DNA of 64,000 bases from Negaprion brevirostris (Eukaryota). Where the stretch lies: the NCBI GenBank assembly GCA_030324005.1, contig JARDVH010000163.1, positions 53,941,959 to 54,005,958 of the forward strand, written 5' to 3'. The notes under the pieces are model-generated. The model saw only the letters and a list, made by a program, of their open reading frames with translations, ran no database searches and was not told the origin of the DNA. Both the position numbers and the translations under genes were made by a program. How positions within the stretch are numbered: position 1 is the stretch's first letter; every line of letters starts with the position of its first letter. Shown piece after piece: positions 36,216-48,516 of this stretch.

Positions 36216-37463
36216 TCATTTGATGGGGGAATTTGTTATCTCCAGGTAATCCTGTCTGCCATTACGGTTGACCCAGTAAAGCTTGTAAGCAGTCAGTGCA
36301 AAGACACTGAAGATGATTATTGATCCACCAATTAGGTCATACATGGTTGGAAACATACGGAGGACTAGCAACTGAAGGATCATGGCAACTACGATCTCTA
36401 AGTGTTGCACTGTGCTAACTAATGCTGGGTGGAATCGATTTAATGCATAATATACACCTAAGAAAGCCACAGTAGAACAGATGCAGATCCCTAATAAATA
36501 TCCCCAGGTTTCTCCATCCAATGGTATAATAGGCTCTTGTAGGATAAACATTGTGGATGCACCCCAGACTGTACCTGTCCATCCAAAGGTGAAAAGAGCA
36601 GTCCACATGCTAACTTTTTCTTTGATTGCTCTGTAAATGATCATGGCGAGAGCTGTAGTTAGCCCAGCCATTACTGTCATGGTATAGCCAAAAGCTTCCT
36701 TCCAAAGGCCCACCAAGGAATTATCTTCATCAACAATATTTGGGATCATTACCAGGCAAAGACCAAAGACACTGCACACCACTGTGACAACATCAGTATA
36801 GTCCAAACGTTCATCTACTAGTAGAAAAGCTAGAATGGCACTGAAGACTGTGGTGGTGGCTCTCCACATAATGGTCCCATTGCTCGGGGGCACAATTGCG
36901 AAGGAGGTGTAGGCGCAGGTGATGGAGATAACATTACACACCCCATACAGAAACAGACCCATTCTGTATCCTTTGGGTCCAAGAGGATGCTCATTACCAT
37001 AGCAGACAATCAAAACAGCAAAGATTTGCAGGACAGAACGAATGAAGAGGAGTTCCAGGGATGGCACTTTGGACCGATCAGCAGCAAGTCGCGTTACTAA
37101 TGCAACACAACCATGGGCCAAGGCAGCCCCAAACAGGGCCACCCAGGTTATTCTTGGCTCAGAGACCACACTTTGTCCAGTACTTTCTGTCTGTTGCCCC
37201 ATTCCTTTATCTTTCTGTTCTTCTGATAAACTCTGACGAACATCAATTGTCCCAAAATATGTTCTTCCTTTACTTTTAGTGTCACCCAAGAGTTTTTTCT
37301 TTGGGTTGTCTTCAACATAATTTTCACTGTCTAGGTATGTCTCTTCATTACCCTCTTCTTCAGGCTGTGGGTAATGTGCCGTGTATTTCACAGTCACTGT
37401 GTTTGGGTGGATTTTCACTCTTTTCTTTGAGGGATTTGTTGTCTTCATAGGTGAAGATGCCAT
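36216..37463 (-). CDS. SLC35G2: Solute carrier family 35 member G2 (TMEM22), EamA/DMT-type multi-pass transporter, 415 aa, single coding exon
   Basis: [69 protein letters not shown] and C-terminal SPIK match recalled vertebrate SLC35G2. ATG at 37463 in context AAAATGG; splice acceptor ttttctgtgaaatttgctgcag just upstream (exon starts 37486). Confidence 0.96.
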   Translation of the reverse strand: MASSPMKTTNPSKKRVKIHPNTVTVKYTAHYPQPEEEGNEETYLDSENYVEDNPKKKLLGDTKSKGRTYFGTIDVRQSLSEEQKDKGMGQQTESTGQSVVSEPRITWVALFGAALAHGCVALVTRLAADRSKVPSLELLFIRSVLQIFAVLIVCYGNEHPLGPKGYRMGLFLYGVCNVISITCAYTSFAIVPPSNGTIMWRATTTVFSAILAFLLVDERLDYTDVVTVVCSVFGLCLVMIPNIVDEDNSLVGLWKEAFGYTMTVMAGLTTALAMIIYRAIKEKVSMWTALFTFGWTGTVWGASTMFILQEPIIPLDGETWGYLLGICICSTVAFLGVYYALNRFHPALVSTVQHLEIVVAMILQLLVLRMFPTMYDLIGGSIIIFSVFALTAYKLYWVNRNGRQDYLEITNSPIK

Positions 37464-38218
37464 TTTTCTGCAGCAGAATCTCTTCCCTGCAGCAAATTTC
37501 ACAGAAAAGTTAAACCATCATATTGTTTGTCATTACTGTACGTGTGGAACAGCATTTGTAGCTTATATTTATGGGCAACTATGTGCCACATCAACTGCTG
37601 CATATACGAGGAAGTCCAACTAATTTAAGTGCTAACCCTTCCATGTATGTATTAAAACAACATTTCCTTCAACCACAAGAGTACAGAATGTTAAAAAATA
37701 ATACTTTGGAGTACCCAATGATAGTAAATTTAGTTAATCCTTGGGTAGCTAATTCTACATCAATTTATTACTCTCTCAGAATAGAAAAGAGGCAAAGGTA
37801 TGAGATGGTAAACTGCTGAGTTGATGTAGAATATATACAAACCACAATAAATACCTGAATGTTAAAACTGACACAATTTCAACACTTTATTTTTATAACA
37901 GAAATATTCAAGAATTTAATGTCAGTCAGATATTAATGTTAGCAATTTGTAGAAAATTCAGCTACTTGCAAACAGAGCACATTTCAATTATCCTCCTTCT
38001 GGATGCTGCATGTAGCTACTCCTACTAGGAGATCTGCTGTCATGGTATGCCATGCTCACACATCCACTATAGCTCATCTACAACCATGATGTGACATTCA
38101 TCATCTAACGACATCTAAGTTGTCTAGATCCATCTGCTGCCTGCCATTTTGCCCTCCAGATGAACTCTCTGTCTCCTATCAGTGCTAGAATAATTTGTTA
38201 TTACATTTTAATAGAAAG

Positions 38219-38560
38219 GAGGCAAAGGTCTAGTGGTATTATCGCTAGACCATTAATCTAGAAACTCAGCTAATGTTCCGAGGACACAGATTTGATTCCC
38301 ACCAAGGCAGATGGTGGCATTTCAATTCAATTAAAAATATCTGGAATTAAGAATCTACTGATGACCATGGAACTATTGCTGATTTCCGGAAACACCCATT
38401 TGGTTCACAAATGTCCTTTAGGGAAGGAAATCTGTCTCTTTTTGCGATCTGGCCTACATGTGACTCCAGAGCCACAGCAAAATGGTTGACTCTCAACTGT
38501 CCTCCAAGGACAACTAGGGATGGGCAATAAATGTTAACCAGCCCATGTTCCATAAATTAA
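38219..38560 (+). mobile_element. tRNA-derived SINE (same family as 7850-8203)
   Basis: ggaggcaaaggtctagtggtattatcgctagac...ctagggatgggcaataaatg. Confidence 0.75.
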
Positions 38561-40574
38561 AATTTTCTCTTCTATATTGCCTCTTTCATATTACAGGCAA
38601 ACATTGTGATCACTCTGAATTGCAGTAACTGGGGAGTTTTATTTTATTACTGCAATGGTTTTCAAAATGGCAGCAGCGAGAGAAAATACAAACACTGCCA
38701 ACTTTAGTTCATGTATTATTGAACCAGGGATCCAGAAATGTTTGATAAGTATTCCCTCTGCTGGACCAGACTTCTGGAGAAGACGGCTGACTGGTGTGGC
38801 TTGGTATCTTTACATGGGAGCTACATCTGAACCACTAAAAGGGTTGAAGAAACCTTAGTAACATTATTTGCTTTTTTTGTTTGAACTTAGTGTTTCTGAA
38901 AACAGTGAACCAGTTGGTGATGCTGGTAGGAAGCGGATGATAGAATCATCAAACATGAACTTTGTTATGAACAAACATGTTTTCTTCAGAGATTTTTTGG
39001 TCATTGGCAGAGCAAGGGCACTCTCCCCTGACCTTGAAGAAAGGTTTCCCGAAAGATCTAACAATCTCTGTGGCAGGAACTTCCCATTTTCCCGATAGCA
39101 GTTTACATCTGATGCCAAGTGTCGTGGATATCTTGGCGTACAGCAGTTTGCAGGATTTCTCGTTATTCTACGAATGGATGGACACAGAAGTTGCTGTCGG
39201 CTTCAGTGGTTGCAAATACTGTTAATTTATCTCTCATCACCATTGCAAGATTCGTGCCAGAGCCTAGAGTTTGTGTGACTAAAAAATTATAATAGACATT
39301 TCAAATGAAATAGAAAATTCAAGACAATATATTGCAAATATTGTCCACTTCAATTCCAATCTGCCTGGCATACTGGCTGAGGAAAGGATTCGGTTGGACC
39401 TGCAGCTTTTGATATGCAGAGGATCACAGGGATTGTGCTAATATTTTTATGGGGTGGCCAGGAGTATATCAATATGGGCAGGGATCCTTAATCAGAATAA
39501 TATGAAAACTTCTGGTCTCATTGAATACTGCAAATAAGTAATTACGTTTTTAACCCTAAGCTTCCCTTCTTTTGCTTATTCATTTTTACCTTGACCCTTT
39601 GATCCACAAATAATGCTGCCCCTTCAGTCCTCTTGTCCACTCCGATATACTTTTCATTTGCTTTTGGAATAGTAAGTTTGGCAGTGCAATACTAAGTTTG
39701 AAAGAGTTCATTTTTTATCTTTTTTTATATTAACAATGATTAGCTATTCATCAAGATTTCTTAAAATATAAGTGACAGCTAGAACTCGTGGTCATTCGTT
39801 TGATCAGTTGAAAAAAATGTTTAAGGGATCATTTTCTTTGTTTACACTCCTGCATTTGAATGAGGAACAAAAATGTCTGGACACAATTTCCATTAACCCC
39901 AGTCCTGCAAAAGAAACCATACACGTTGAAAGCCTGGGGTGATTATACACCATGCCAGCCCCTTGCTCTAATTCCAAAACAGAAATCCATGATTCAGAGA
40001 TTGAACAAAAACTTTAAAACATGAATTGTTTCTGATGGAACTTTAGGTAGCTAATCCGAATGGTAGTAATAAACTAATCCAAGCAATAAATGAATAGCTG
40101 GTTTCAGTGTTCACTACAGATTTTATGCTGCGTCTCAATTTTCATAAGGGAGGCCTTCACGCCAAAAAAATTAAAGCCAAATGTTTCCTAAAACATGGGG
40201 TAAATACTTGTTAAAATTACATTTAATTACAAACAGGAACAGTGTCAAAGTGCACTTTTTAGTTTTAGTGCTGTCAAAGCAAATGTTTATTCATCTATGC
40301 ATTGTAACTGTTAATCAGGGAAAAGAAATTGGCTAGAGATCCCTAAAATGTGACTTAACTGTTTCACTATATCAGACTTGCAGGTTGCGCTATTAAAGTT
40401 AGATTGAAATTTAATTATCTCCATCATTTTCCTTAACTGTGCTATCAGAAACAATGATGCCTAATGAAAACAAGGACTAATTCCATTCAGTTCCATATAT
40501 ATGACAGGAACTTTTTACAAAAGCACTGCAATGTTGACTTGCAGAGTTCTATTCCATGTTCCCCTCCAAGTCAC

Positions 40575-40770
40575 TCACTATCCTGCAACCTGCATTGTCC
40601 CTGGATCAAAGTCCTGGAACACCTTCCCTGACAGCACGGTGAGTGTACATACACCACATGGACTGCAGCGGTTCCGGAAGACAGCTCACTGCCACCTTCT
40701 GAAGGACAATTAGGGATGGGTAATAAATGCTACTTGAGCCAGCGATGCCCACATCCCATGAATGAGTAAA
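40575..40770 (+). mobile_element. LINE 3' end (CR1/L2 group) sharing its tail with the 7850/38219 SINE family
   Basis: GSKSWNTFPDS...HGLQRFRKTAHCHLLKDN followed by tagggatgggtaataaatgc...ccagcgatgcccacatcccatgaatg. Confidence 0.7.
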
Positions 40771-41741
40771 GCAAATGGGCGATTTACTTCAAATTCATTT
40801 GATATTAACCGTGATGAGTTGTGTGTTACAATTTATTTTATTAAATCAAATGAGAAATGTATTCATAAACGCTGAAGTAATGACCACTGACTGGATTTGT
40901 ATTGAGGCAACAATAAAGTTGGGGAGGAATGCTGGCAAGGATGATGGAACTGAATTTAATCCACTTTGATTGGAGGATCTGTTGCTACCTTAACATGCAT
41001 TCCACAATTAGCACTTGGAAATCCTTTTAGCATCTCTGTTAGGACTGCCAAACTGTACCTGAATGGTGCCTTAATCAGGAAACAGTGACACGGATAAATA
41101 ATAAGCATAGACTCTGTTTAAAATATTAAAAGACACTCCAAACGGGAATGAAAATTCACTGTCTATTCTTTCTCAGATGGCCTCATTACAAACAGGAGCT
41201 GCTTGTTGCAGGGACAAATGTAACCCACGCAATGTGCAACAGAATAATCCCTGTGGAGTAATTTACACCAGAGTTTGAGTGGTGGTGGGTCTCTTGGGAT
41301 ACGTCTATTATGACATTTCATGGCTCAATTACTCGATGCATCATTACATTCTGGTCTCCCAGGTCAACTGAACGCTGAAGCATCTATTGGCTCATTTAAT
41401 GGTAAATTCTTTTTCAGGTTAAAATCTGTACGAATTATTTTCTTGATCCAGCTTCCAGAGTACAGGTTAAAAAATAAGGAAAGTCAACTGCCCGTCTGAT
41501 CAAGTGAACTTGATAAATTTTATAGGAATAAATGAGTACTGCGCACTGATGATGCATGTTCGATTCAACATTGTTGACGATGGAGATTGAGGTCAAGGTG
41601 GAAATGTTACTTTGCAAAGAAATGGCCCAGCTAGTTATCAGAAATGTTTGATTCCTCGTTCCTGACGCTAGGGCAATTGCTAGCAAACTGATGTGCACTT
41701 CTAATGTTTCCAATTAAAGCAACACGTTTAAATACGTAAAG

Positions 41742-42165
41742 AAAATGCTGGAAAGACTCAACAGGTCAGGCAGCATCTGCGAAGAAAGGTTAACAGGTAA
41801 TGTTGATCTAATGACCTGCTTTCTTTCCTCTCTCTCTCCACAGATGTTGTAAGGAGTCTCACAATACCAGGTTAAGGTCCAACAGGTTTATTTAGTAACA
41901 AACGGTTGTAAACGGCGACGAGTGAATGACCAGTGAATGTTAACAGGAGCGTTCAAGGGCGCCTTCCAGCACATTTAGTGGCTTTTGCTACCAAATAAAC
42001 CTGTTGGACTATAGCCTGGTGTTGTGAGACTTCTTATAGTGTTTACCCCAGTCCAACGCCGGCATCTCCACATCATGTCCACAGATGTTGCCAGACCTTT
42101 GATGTGTCTTCCCGGCATTTGCTATTTTCATTCCAAGTTTCTAGTATCCCTAGTATTCCGCTTGT
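41742..42165. mobile_element. Palindromic Penelope-like element (12313 family) interrupted by a second element
   Basis: Left arm aaaatgctggaaagactcaacaggtcaggcagcatctg; right arm tccacagatgttgccagacc...tttctagtatcc, split at the TSD. Confidence 0.65.
41850..42077. mobile_element. Palindromic Penelope-like insertion with 13-bp TSD and captured 74-bp local sequence
   Basis: TSD tccacagatgttg at 41837-41849 and 42078-42090; arms aaggagtctcacaataccaggttaaggtccaacaggtttattt / aaataaacctgttggactatagcctggtgttgtgagacttctt; same family as 55771-55966. Confidence 0.8.
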
Positions 42166-42179
42166 GTTTTATTGCCTCC

Positions 42180-43810
42180 TGGTCAACGCGGTGAAATTTT
42201 GGGGCAGGCATACATCAGATTTACACCAAACTGTATCTGGTCAGTCTCTCTCGTGTTCACACAATGGTATCAGAAGCCCCAAAACAAGTGTGTGTGTGCT
42301 GTAGGACTGGGCTGTACCACGAAGCGGCAGCAGAACAGTTAACTGACCAGCACATCAATGAATGCGGGCACGGAAGATGATACAAAGCGGGAAACGGAAT
42401 GGACTTCATACTGGGATTAAAAGCAATTAGTCGGAAAATGATCGAAAATAAGATCACTTCGGCAAGGTATTCAGACTCCAAACGCGAGGCACCACTGATG
42501 ACTTTAATCTTGGGTTGCACAACATTATATTTGTTCGCCTTTTCCAGCAATCATTGGAAATTTCCATCTTGATTGCTTGCTTGTTACTGGGATCCTTTAA
42601 AAAAATTCCACACGTGAGGGGCTGGCAGCTACCACGAAATTCTACGAATAAAGCGACTGCAACGTGTACATCATCAGAAAGCAACTTTATGAGCGGTTGA
42701 AGAACCATGTGCAAAACTGCCGATAATTAATGCCAATTTTTTTTTCTGTGAACGGAATGATATGTGAGACATGAAATTCAATCTTTAGAGCTGGAATAAT
42801 ATTACTTCTAAATACCTAGCTGGCGAGGGAAGCAGTTAGATTGGGGTTTTCCTGTCTTCAGTATGGATCACACTGACAAGTCATCTTCTTCTGTGCTCCC
42901 AACACACACGAGGGTGTAAATGAAGATATTTGTGGCGTTTCCGCGAGCAAGCTGCAGTTAAATGTACTGGAAGGCGCCCTTGAACGCTCCTGTTAACATT
43001 CACTTGTCATTCACTTCTCGCCGTTTACAACCACCCGCCTGGGAGCAGCTGAGCAAACACATTTGGGGTGAAAACGCGAACAGTTCACTGATCCATCAGC
43101 CCCGCATTGATGCGATGCTCCAGTCGTTAGCTTTACCTCCCGAGGTCCTGAGCTACCAAAGAGCATCACTAATTAAACCGGACATGTAGTGAAATAGTAA
43201 CAGTGAATGACAGTCTGGTTGGAGAAAGTAAGACTGAAGGGTTAAAATCGGCAAGCTTAAGGACACAGCGAATGCTAAAGCGGATAGATACAAACGCGGC
43301 GAGGTGCCTCCCAGCCTAAGCCCCTATGCATGGCAGATGAAGCTAACCCCAGCTCACTGGACTCTCCATCCATCACAGTGGACAGTAACAAGACTTTACC
43401 TTCCCTTCTGTCGGACTGAGCACTTTGCAATGGTGCTGGAAGCAGTTGGGTTAAACGGTCCAAGGAGCGCGGCGGCGTCTTCCAGGAGACGGCTGCCAGG
43501 CTCCTGCCATCCCTCCCTGGTGCTGGCACCGAGCAGATATAGAGATGTTCCCGGGACCGGGNNNNNNNNNNNNNNNNNNNNNNNNNNGGGGGGTGGCAGG
43601 GAGGGGGATGGAAGGGAGATGAAACGCGTCGATTTGCTTTGCAGGTTACCTGAGCAGATGGCACCAGGGGGAGATGCTGCACGGCAGAGATGGCCGTGTT
43701 TCCAAGCTCTAACCTCTCCTCTCTCTCCTTCACCTAGACTGAGCTGGAGCCAAACAACTGCAAGAGAAAATGAAGAGGGGGGCAAAGCGAGAGTGCATGC
43801 GCACAGGAGG
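42180..43810 (-). promoter_or_regulatory. CpG-enriched region, probable SLC35G2 promoter and non-coding first exon
   Basis: CpGs retained in non-repeat sequence; GC-rich core at 43440-43620; minus-strand donors AAG|GTAAAG (exon end 43400) and CAG|GTAACC (exon end 43650); ~6 kb upstream of the coding-exon acceptor. Confidence 0.55.
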
Positions 43811-44939
43811 CTGGAGTCATTTCATTCAATAGCCTGGAGATGGTAGCTTCAGCAAAACAACTTGTCCTCACAGTCAATCCCGCATGTTAATCGAGATTCC
43901 CAATGTTCCCTGGGTCATACTCAGGTCTAACTAGTAGTATGGTATACATGCCCCACCAGCACAAACCCAGCAAACCTGCAGAAGTTCCGGTGCCTGCACT
44001 GACCACTGCCAATGAATGATTCCCATACCTATATATTCAAATAAAAAACCAATAGAAATATTCTGGTATAGGGTGTCACACATGTCTAATCAACGGCGCA
44101 TCCGGCATTAATATTGTCTTTAAGAAGATTTATTTTTGGTGGATGTTTCTTCAAATGGAAATAGCAATTTCAGGACAATTGCTAGCGCAGAGCTGCTTTA
44201 GCAATGTAGCGTCAGATATGACTGGATCACGTCAAGCAGATTCGCCCTTCCCTCTGTCAAAGCCAACTGTTATTCCAGTGTTGTCCTGGACAGCAAAGAT
44301 AAACTAGCCTGTTCCCCATTAAAAATCATCTCTTTAAACCCCTCCCCCCTCCCTCCATCTCCTGCAGCAAGAGCAAGGAGCTTAGGGACTTAAATGTCTT
44401 TGAGATTGAGACCATTGGTCCAGCTGTTTCTGTTGATTTCTCACTCTATCCCATAAATAACAAACTAACCCTCTCCCCAGGTTCCCCCTACTTTCACACT
44501 GAAGCCACAACTTTCTCTGTTTTGCCTTCTTTCTCCTTTCACACCTTCTCTGAATTCATCTGGTCTATGAGCCACATTAGCTGCTCCTTCCTTCCAGTTT
44601 CTTCCAAAATTCGATTACCTAATTTCCTACCTGGTCCACATGCTTATTGGCTTTATAAGTGGTTCACTATTGAACACTGTGAAAGGCTGCAGTGAGGTCT
44701 GGTAGAATGAAGAGTGATAATGCCTCATGATCACAGTCACAGAGAATGGGCTATGTGAAATTGGTTAGAAGTATTCTGGGCAAGTAGCAGACATAGAAAA
44801 TGGAACAGACCAATTCAAACTCAGACTTGTGTGTGTGATGAGCATAGCTTTGAAAGGCAGCAACATACACAAAGCCACTGGCAGGAAAGGAAGGTTGGTG
44901 ACTCAAGGCATTGTGTTTGGCACTCCTCATAAACTCTTG

Positions 44940-47365
44940 CAAATGTTGGAATCAATTATTAAAGAGGTTATAGCTGGGCAGTAAGAATATTTCAGTGCAA
45001 TCAGGCAGAGCCAATATAATTTTGTGAAAGGGAAATCATGTTTGACTAATTCATTGGAGTTCTTTGAGGAAGTAAATAGCAATGTGAATAAAGGTGAACC
45101 TGTGAATAGGGTGTACTTAGATTTCCAGAAGGTGTTTGATAAGGTGCCGCATCAAAGGTTATTACACAACGTAAGAACTCATGGTGTAGGGGATAGCTGG
45201 CATAGATGGAAGGCCTTTGACGAGGTCCCTCATGGCTGACTGGTGCAGAAAATAAAGTTGCACAGGATCAGAGGCGAGCTGGCAAGTTGGATACAAAACT
45301 GGTTTGGTCAAAGAAGACAGAGGGTTGCAATGGAAGGGTGTGTTTCTGAACGGAGGGCTGTGACAAGTGCCATTCCTCAGGATCAGTGCTGGGACGTTTG
45401 CTGTTTGTAATATATGTAACTGGTTTGATTAGTAAATTTGCAGACGACACAAAGGTTGATGGATTTGCGAATAGCGATGAGGACACAACATGATACAGAT
45501 CAGTTGGAGACTTGGTTGGAGAGATGGCATATGGAGTTTAATCTGGACAAGTGCGAGGTAATGCATTTTGGAAAGTCTAATATAGATAGGAAATATACAG
45601 AAAATGGCAGAACCCTTAAGAGTATCGATAGGCAAAAGGATCTGGGTGTACTGGTATACAGGTCACTGAAAGTGGCAACGCAGGTGGAGATGGTTGTCAA
45701 GAATGCATATGGCATACCTGCCTTTATCGGCCAGGGCATTAAGTTTAAAAATTGGCAAGTCATGTTGCAGCTTTATAGAACCTTAGTTAGGTCGCACTTG
45801 GAATATAGTGTTCAATTCTGGTCACCNNNNNNNNNNAAGATTTACCAGGATGTTGCCTAGTATGGAGGGCATTAGCTATGAGGAGAGATTGGAGAAACTT
45901 GGTTTGTTCTTGTTGGAATGATGAGGGGTGACCTGATAGAAGTCTACAGGGTTATGAGAAGCATGGACAGAGTGGATAGTCAAAAGCTTTTTCCCAGGGT
46001 GGAAGCATCAATTACTAGGGGGCATAGGTTTAAGGTGCGAGGGGCAAGATTTAAGGAGATGTACGAGGCAGATTTTTTACACAGAGAGTAGTGGGCACCT
46101 GGAACTCATTGCTGGGGGAGGTCATGGAAGTGGATGCAGTAGTGACTTTTAAGGAGCATCTTGACAAATACATGAATAGGATGGGAAGAGAGGGATGTGG
46201 TCCCCGGAAGGGTAGGGGGTTTTAGTTAAGTTGGGCAGCATGGTCAGTGCAGGCTTGGAGAGCCAAAGGGCCTGTTCCTGTACTGTAATTTTCTTTGTTC
46301 TTTGTTCTTTGATTGGTTAGCTAACAAAAAGACATAAATGGATCATTTTCAGTTTGGCAAGATGTAATGAGTAGTGTGTCACAGGGATTAGTATTAGGAC
46401 CTTAGCTATTTAGAATTTTATCTTTGACTTTCATGTAGGGACCAAATGTGTAGTTGCTAAATTTGTTGACAACACCAAGGTAGGTCAGAAAGTAAGTTGT
46501 GAAGAGGATGTAAAGGGTCTGCAAAGGAATATAAGATAGTTTAAAGTAAGTGGGCAAAAATTTGGTAAATCAAGTATAATGTGGGAAATTCCATTTTGGC
46601 AGTAAAAACAGGAAAAAAAAGTAAATTATCTAAATGGAGCGAGATTGCAGAACTTTGAGATGCAGAGGGATCTGGGTGTCCTGGTACATGAATCACAAAA
46701 CATTAGAATGCAGGTACAACCAGCAGGCAAATGGAATGTTGTTGTTTATTTCAAGGGGAAAGGAATATGAATGTAAGGATGTCTTGCTACAGTTGTAGTG
46801 TAATGGTGAGACTACATCTGCTGTACTGTGTATAGATTTTGTCTCATTTCAAAAAGGATATAATCACATTAGAAACTGATTCATGGGATGACAGAGTTAT
46901 TTTTTGAGAATAGGTTGGACAGGCTGTTATGATCACTGTCAGCAATCTATTGGAGTTTAGAAGATCGAGAGGAGATCTTAGTGAAACATATAAAATCCTG
47001 AAGGGGCTAGATAATGTGAATGCTGAATGTATGTTTTCCCTGAATGGATGTTAGACCAGAACCAGGGGTCATAATTTAAACTAAGGGATCTCCCATTTAA
47101 GATATAGATGAAGAAATTATTTTCTTCTAGAGGGTCATGAGTCTCTGGAACTCTTCCCCAAAAAGTGGTAGAGGCAATGTCATTGAAAGTTTTTAAGACA
47201 GAGGTAGTTAGACTCTTGACTAACAAGAGAATCTGGGGGTATTGCGAGTAGGCAGGATAGTGGTGTTGAGGCAACCATCAGAACAGCAAAGATCTTATTG
47301 AATGGCAGAGCAGGTTTGATGAGCCAAATGACCTACTCCTGCTCCTAATTGTACATCGGTATGTT
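44940..47365 (+). mobile_element. Older CR1 LINE (RT to 3' end) split by a younger CR1 insertion
   Basis: KGKSCLTNSLEFFEEV...VYLDFQKVFDKVPHQRLL to ~45209; resumes at 46311 (gattggttagctaac); ends with CR1 3' UTR. Confidence 0.8.
45210..46310 (+). mobile_element. Younger CR1 (HER1-like) 5'-truncated insertion
   Basis: KAFDEVPHG, SKFADDTKV, WHMEFNLDKCEVMHFG, LYRTLVRSHLEYSVQFWS; (ttctttg)n tail at 46290-46310; same subfamily as 6632-7208. Confidence 0.9.
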
Positions 47366-48204
47366 AAAAAAGGGAAAAGATAAAAAGAGAAATTAAAACA
47401 TGCCAAGACACAATTTCACAGCTTCTGGAGACAGCAAAGCAATGCCATAATTACCTTAAAAAAATGCACACTTTTGATCCCAACTTTGCAATCACACACC
47501 GAGGAACCTCTGTTTAAAAATAAGGGGTCACTCATTTAAGAAAGCGATGAGGAGAAATTTCTTCTCTCAGACGGTCATCAGTCTCTGGAACTCTCTTCCT
47601 TAAAAGGCAGTGGGAGTAAAGTCTATGAATATTTTTCTGGTGGAGCTAGATAGATTCTTGATTATGGGCACATGGTGGCACAGTGGTTAACACTGCTGAG
47701 TTAATAGTTGATGGTTTAAGCTCAGGAATTTGGCTAGTGAGAATGCTGGGAATGCAAGAGAACATGGGACTATTGAAATCAGACAGCACTTGGATGGAAT
47801 CAATGCCTCAGAACCCTCAGACATGTCAGGACCAGGGACTTAAGAGAAGTTCATGGAGTTTGGAAACTTAGGTATCTGGATTGGAAAGTACTTAGAGTCT
47901 AAGATATGAGATCACACGATGGGTGGGTGTATTGGCATAGGGGAAATGGGAGCACTGTAGGTTGACATAAAGAATGATCACAGCTACAGGGAGTAGAGAG
48001 AGTAGTGTGCGGGACAAAAAGTAGAAAAGACAAGGGTAGAACCAAGAACACAAATTGAATAATTTGTTGGGATGGCAGCAGGGAACTAAGTCGTGTTGTG
48101 GTTGCCAAGAAATACTGAGGTTTCTCAACTACAGAGACCTGAAATGGTACATTTGAAGACTGCAAAAAAAATGACAACTTAAAGCCCAGTTGAACGACCC
48201 AGGC

Positions 48205-48516
48205 TCCACAGTGGCACAGTGGTTAGCACTGCTGCCTCACAGCGCCAGGGACCCAGGTTCAATTCCACCCTGGGGTCACTGTCTTTGTGGAGTTTGCATA
48301 TTCTCCCTGTGTCTGTGTGTGCTTCCCCCCGAGAGCTCCAGTTTCCCCCCACACTTAGGGTTAGGTTGTCTGCCAATAATAAATTGCCCCTTAGTATCAG
48401 GGGAACTAGCAGGGTAAATATGTGGGGTGAGAGGGATAGGGCCTGAATGGGATTGTTGTCAGTGCAGCTCGATGGGCCAAATGGCCTCCTTCTGCACTGT
48501 AGGGATTCTATGATGA
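48205..48516 (+). mobile_element. HE1-type V-SINE
   Basis: gtggcacagtggttagcactgctgcctcacagcgccagggacccaggttcaattcc...gatgggccaaatggcctccttctgcactgtagggattctatga. Confidence 0.9.

Noticed and set aside
37464-37502. N-terminal extension [13 protein letters not shown] of the 428-aa ORF
   Set aside because: It starts at a GTG inside the splice-acceptor region; similarity to SLC35G2 begins at the ATG at 37463.
48205-48270. tRNA-like sequence with A and B boxes
   Set aside because: It is the head of a SINE and continues into the V-domain and LINE tail, so it is not a tRNA gene.
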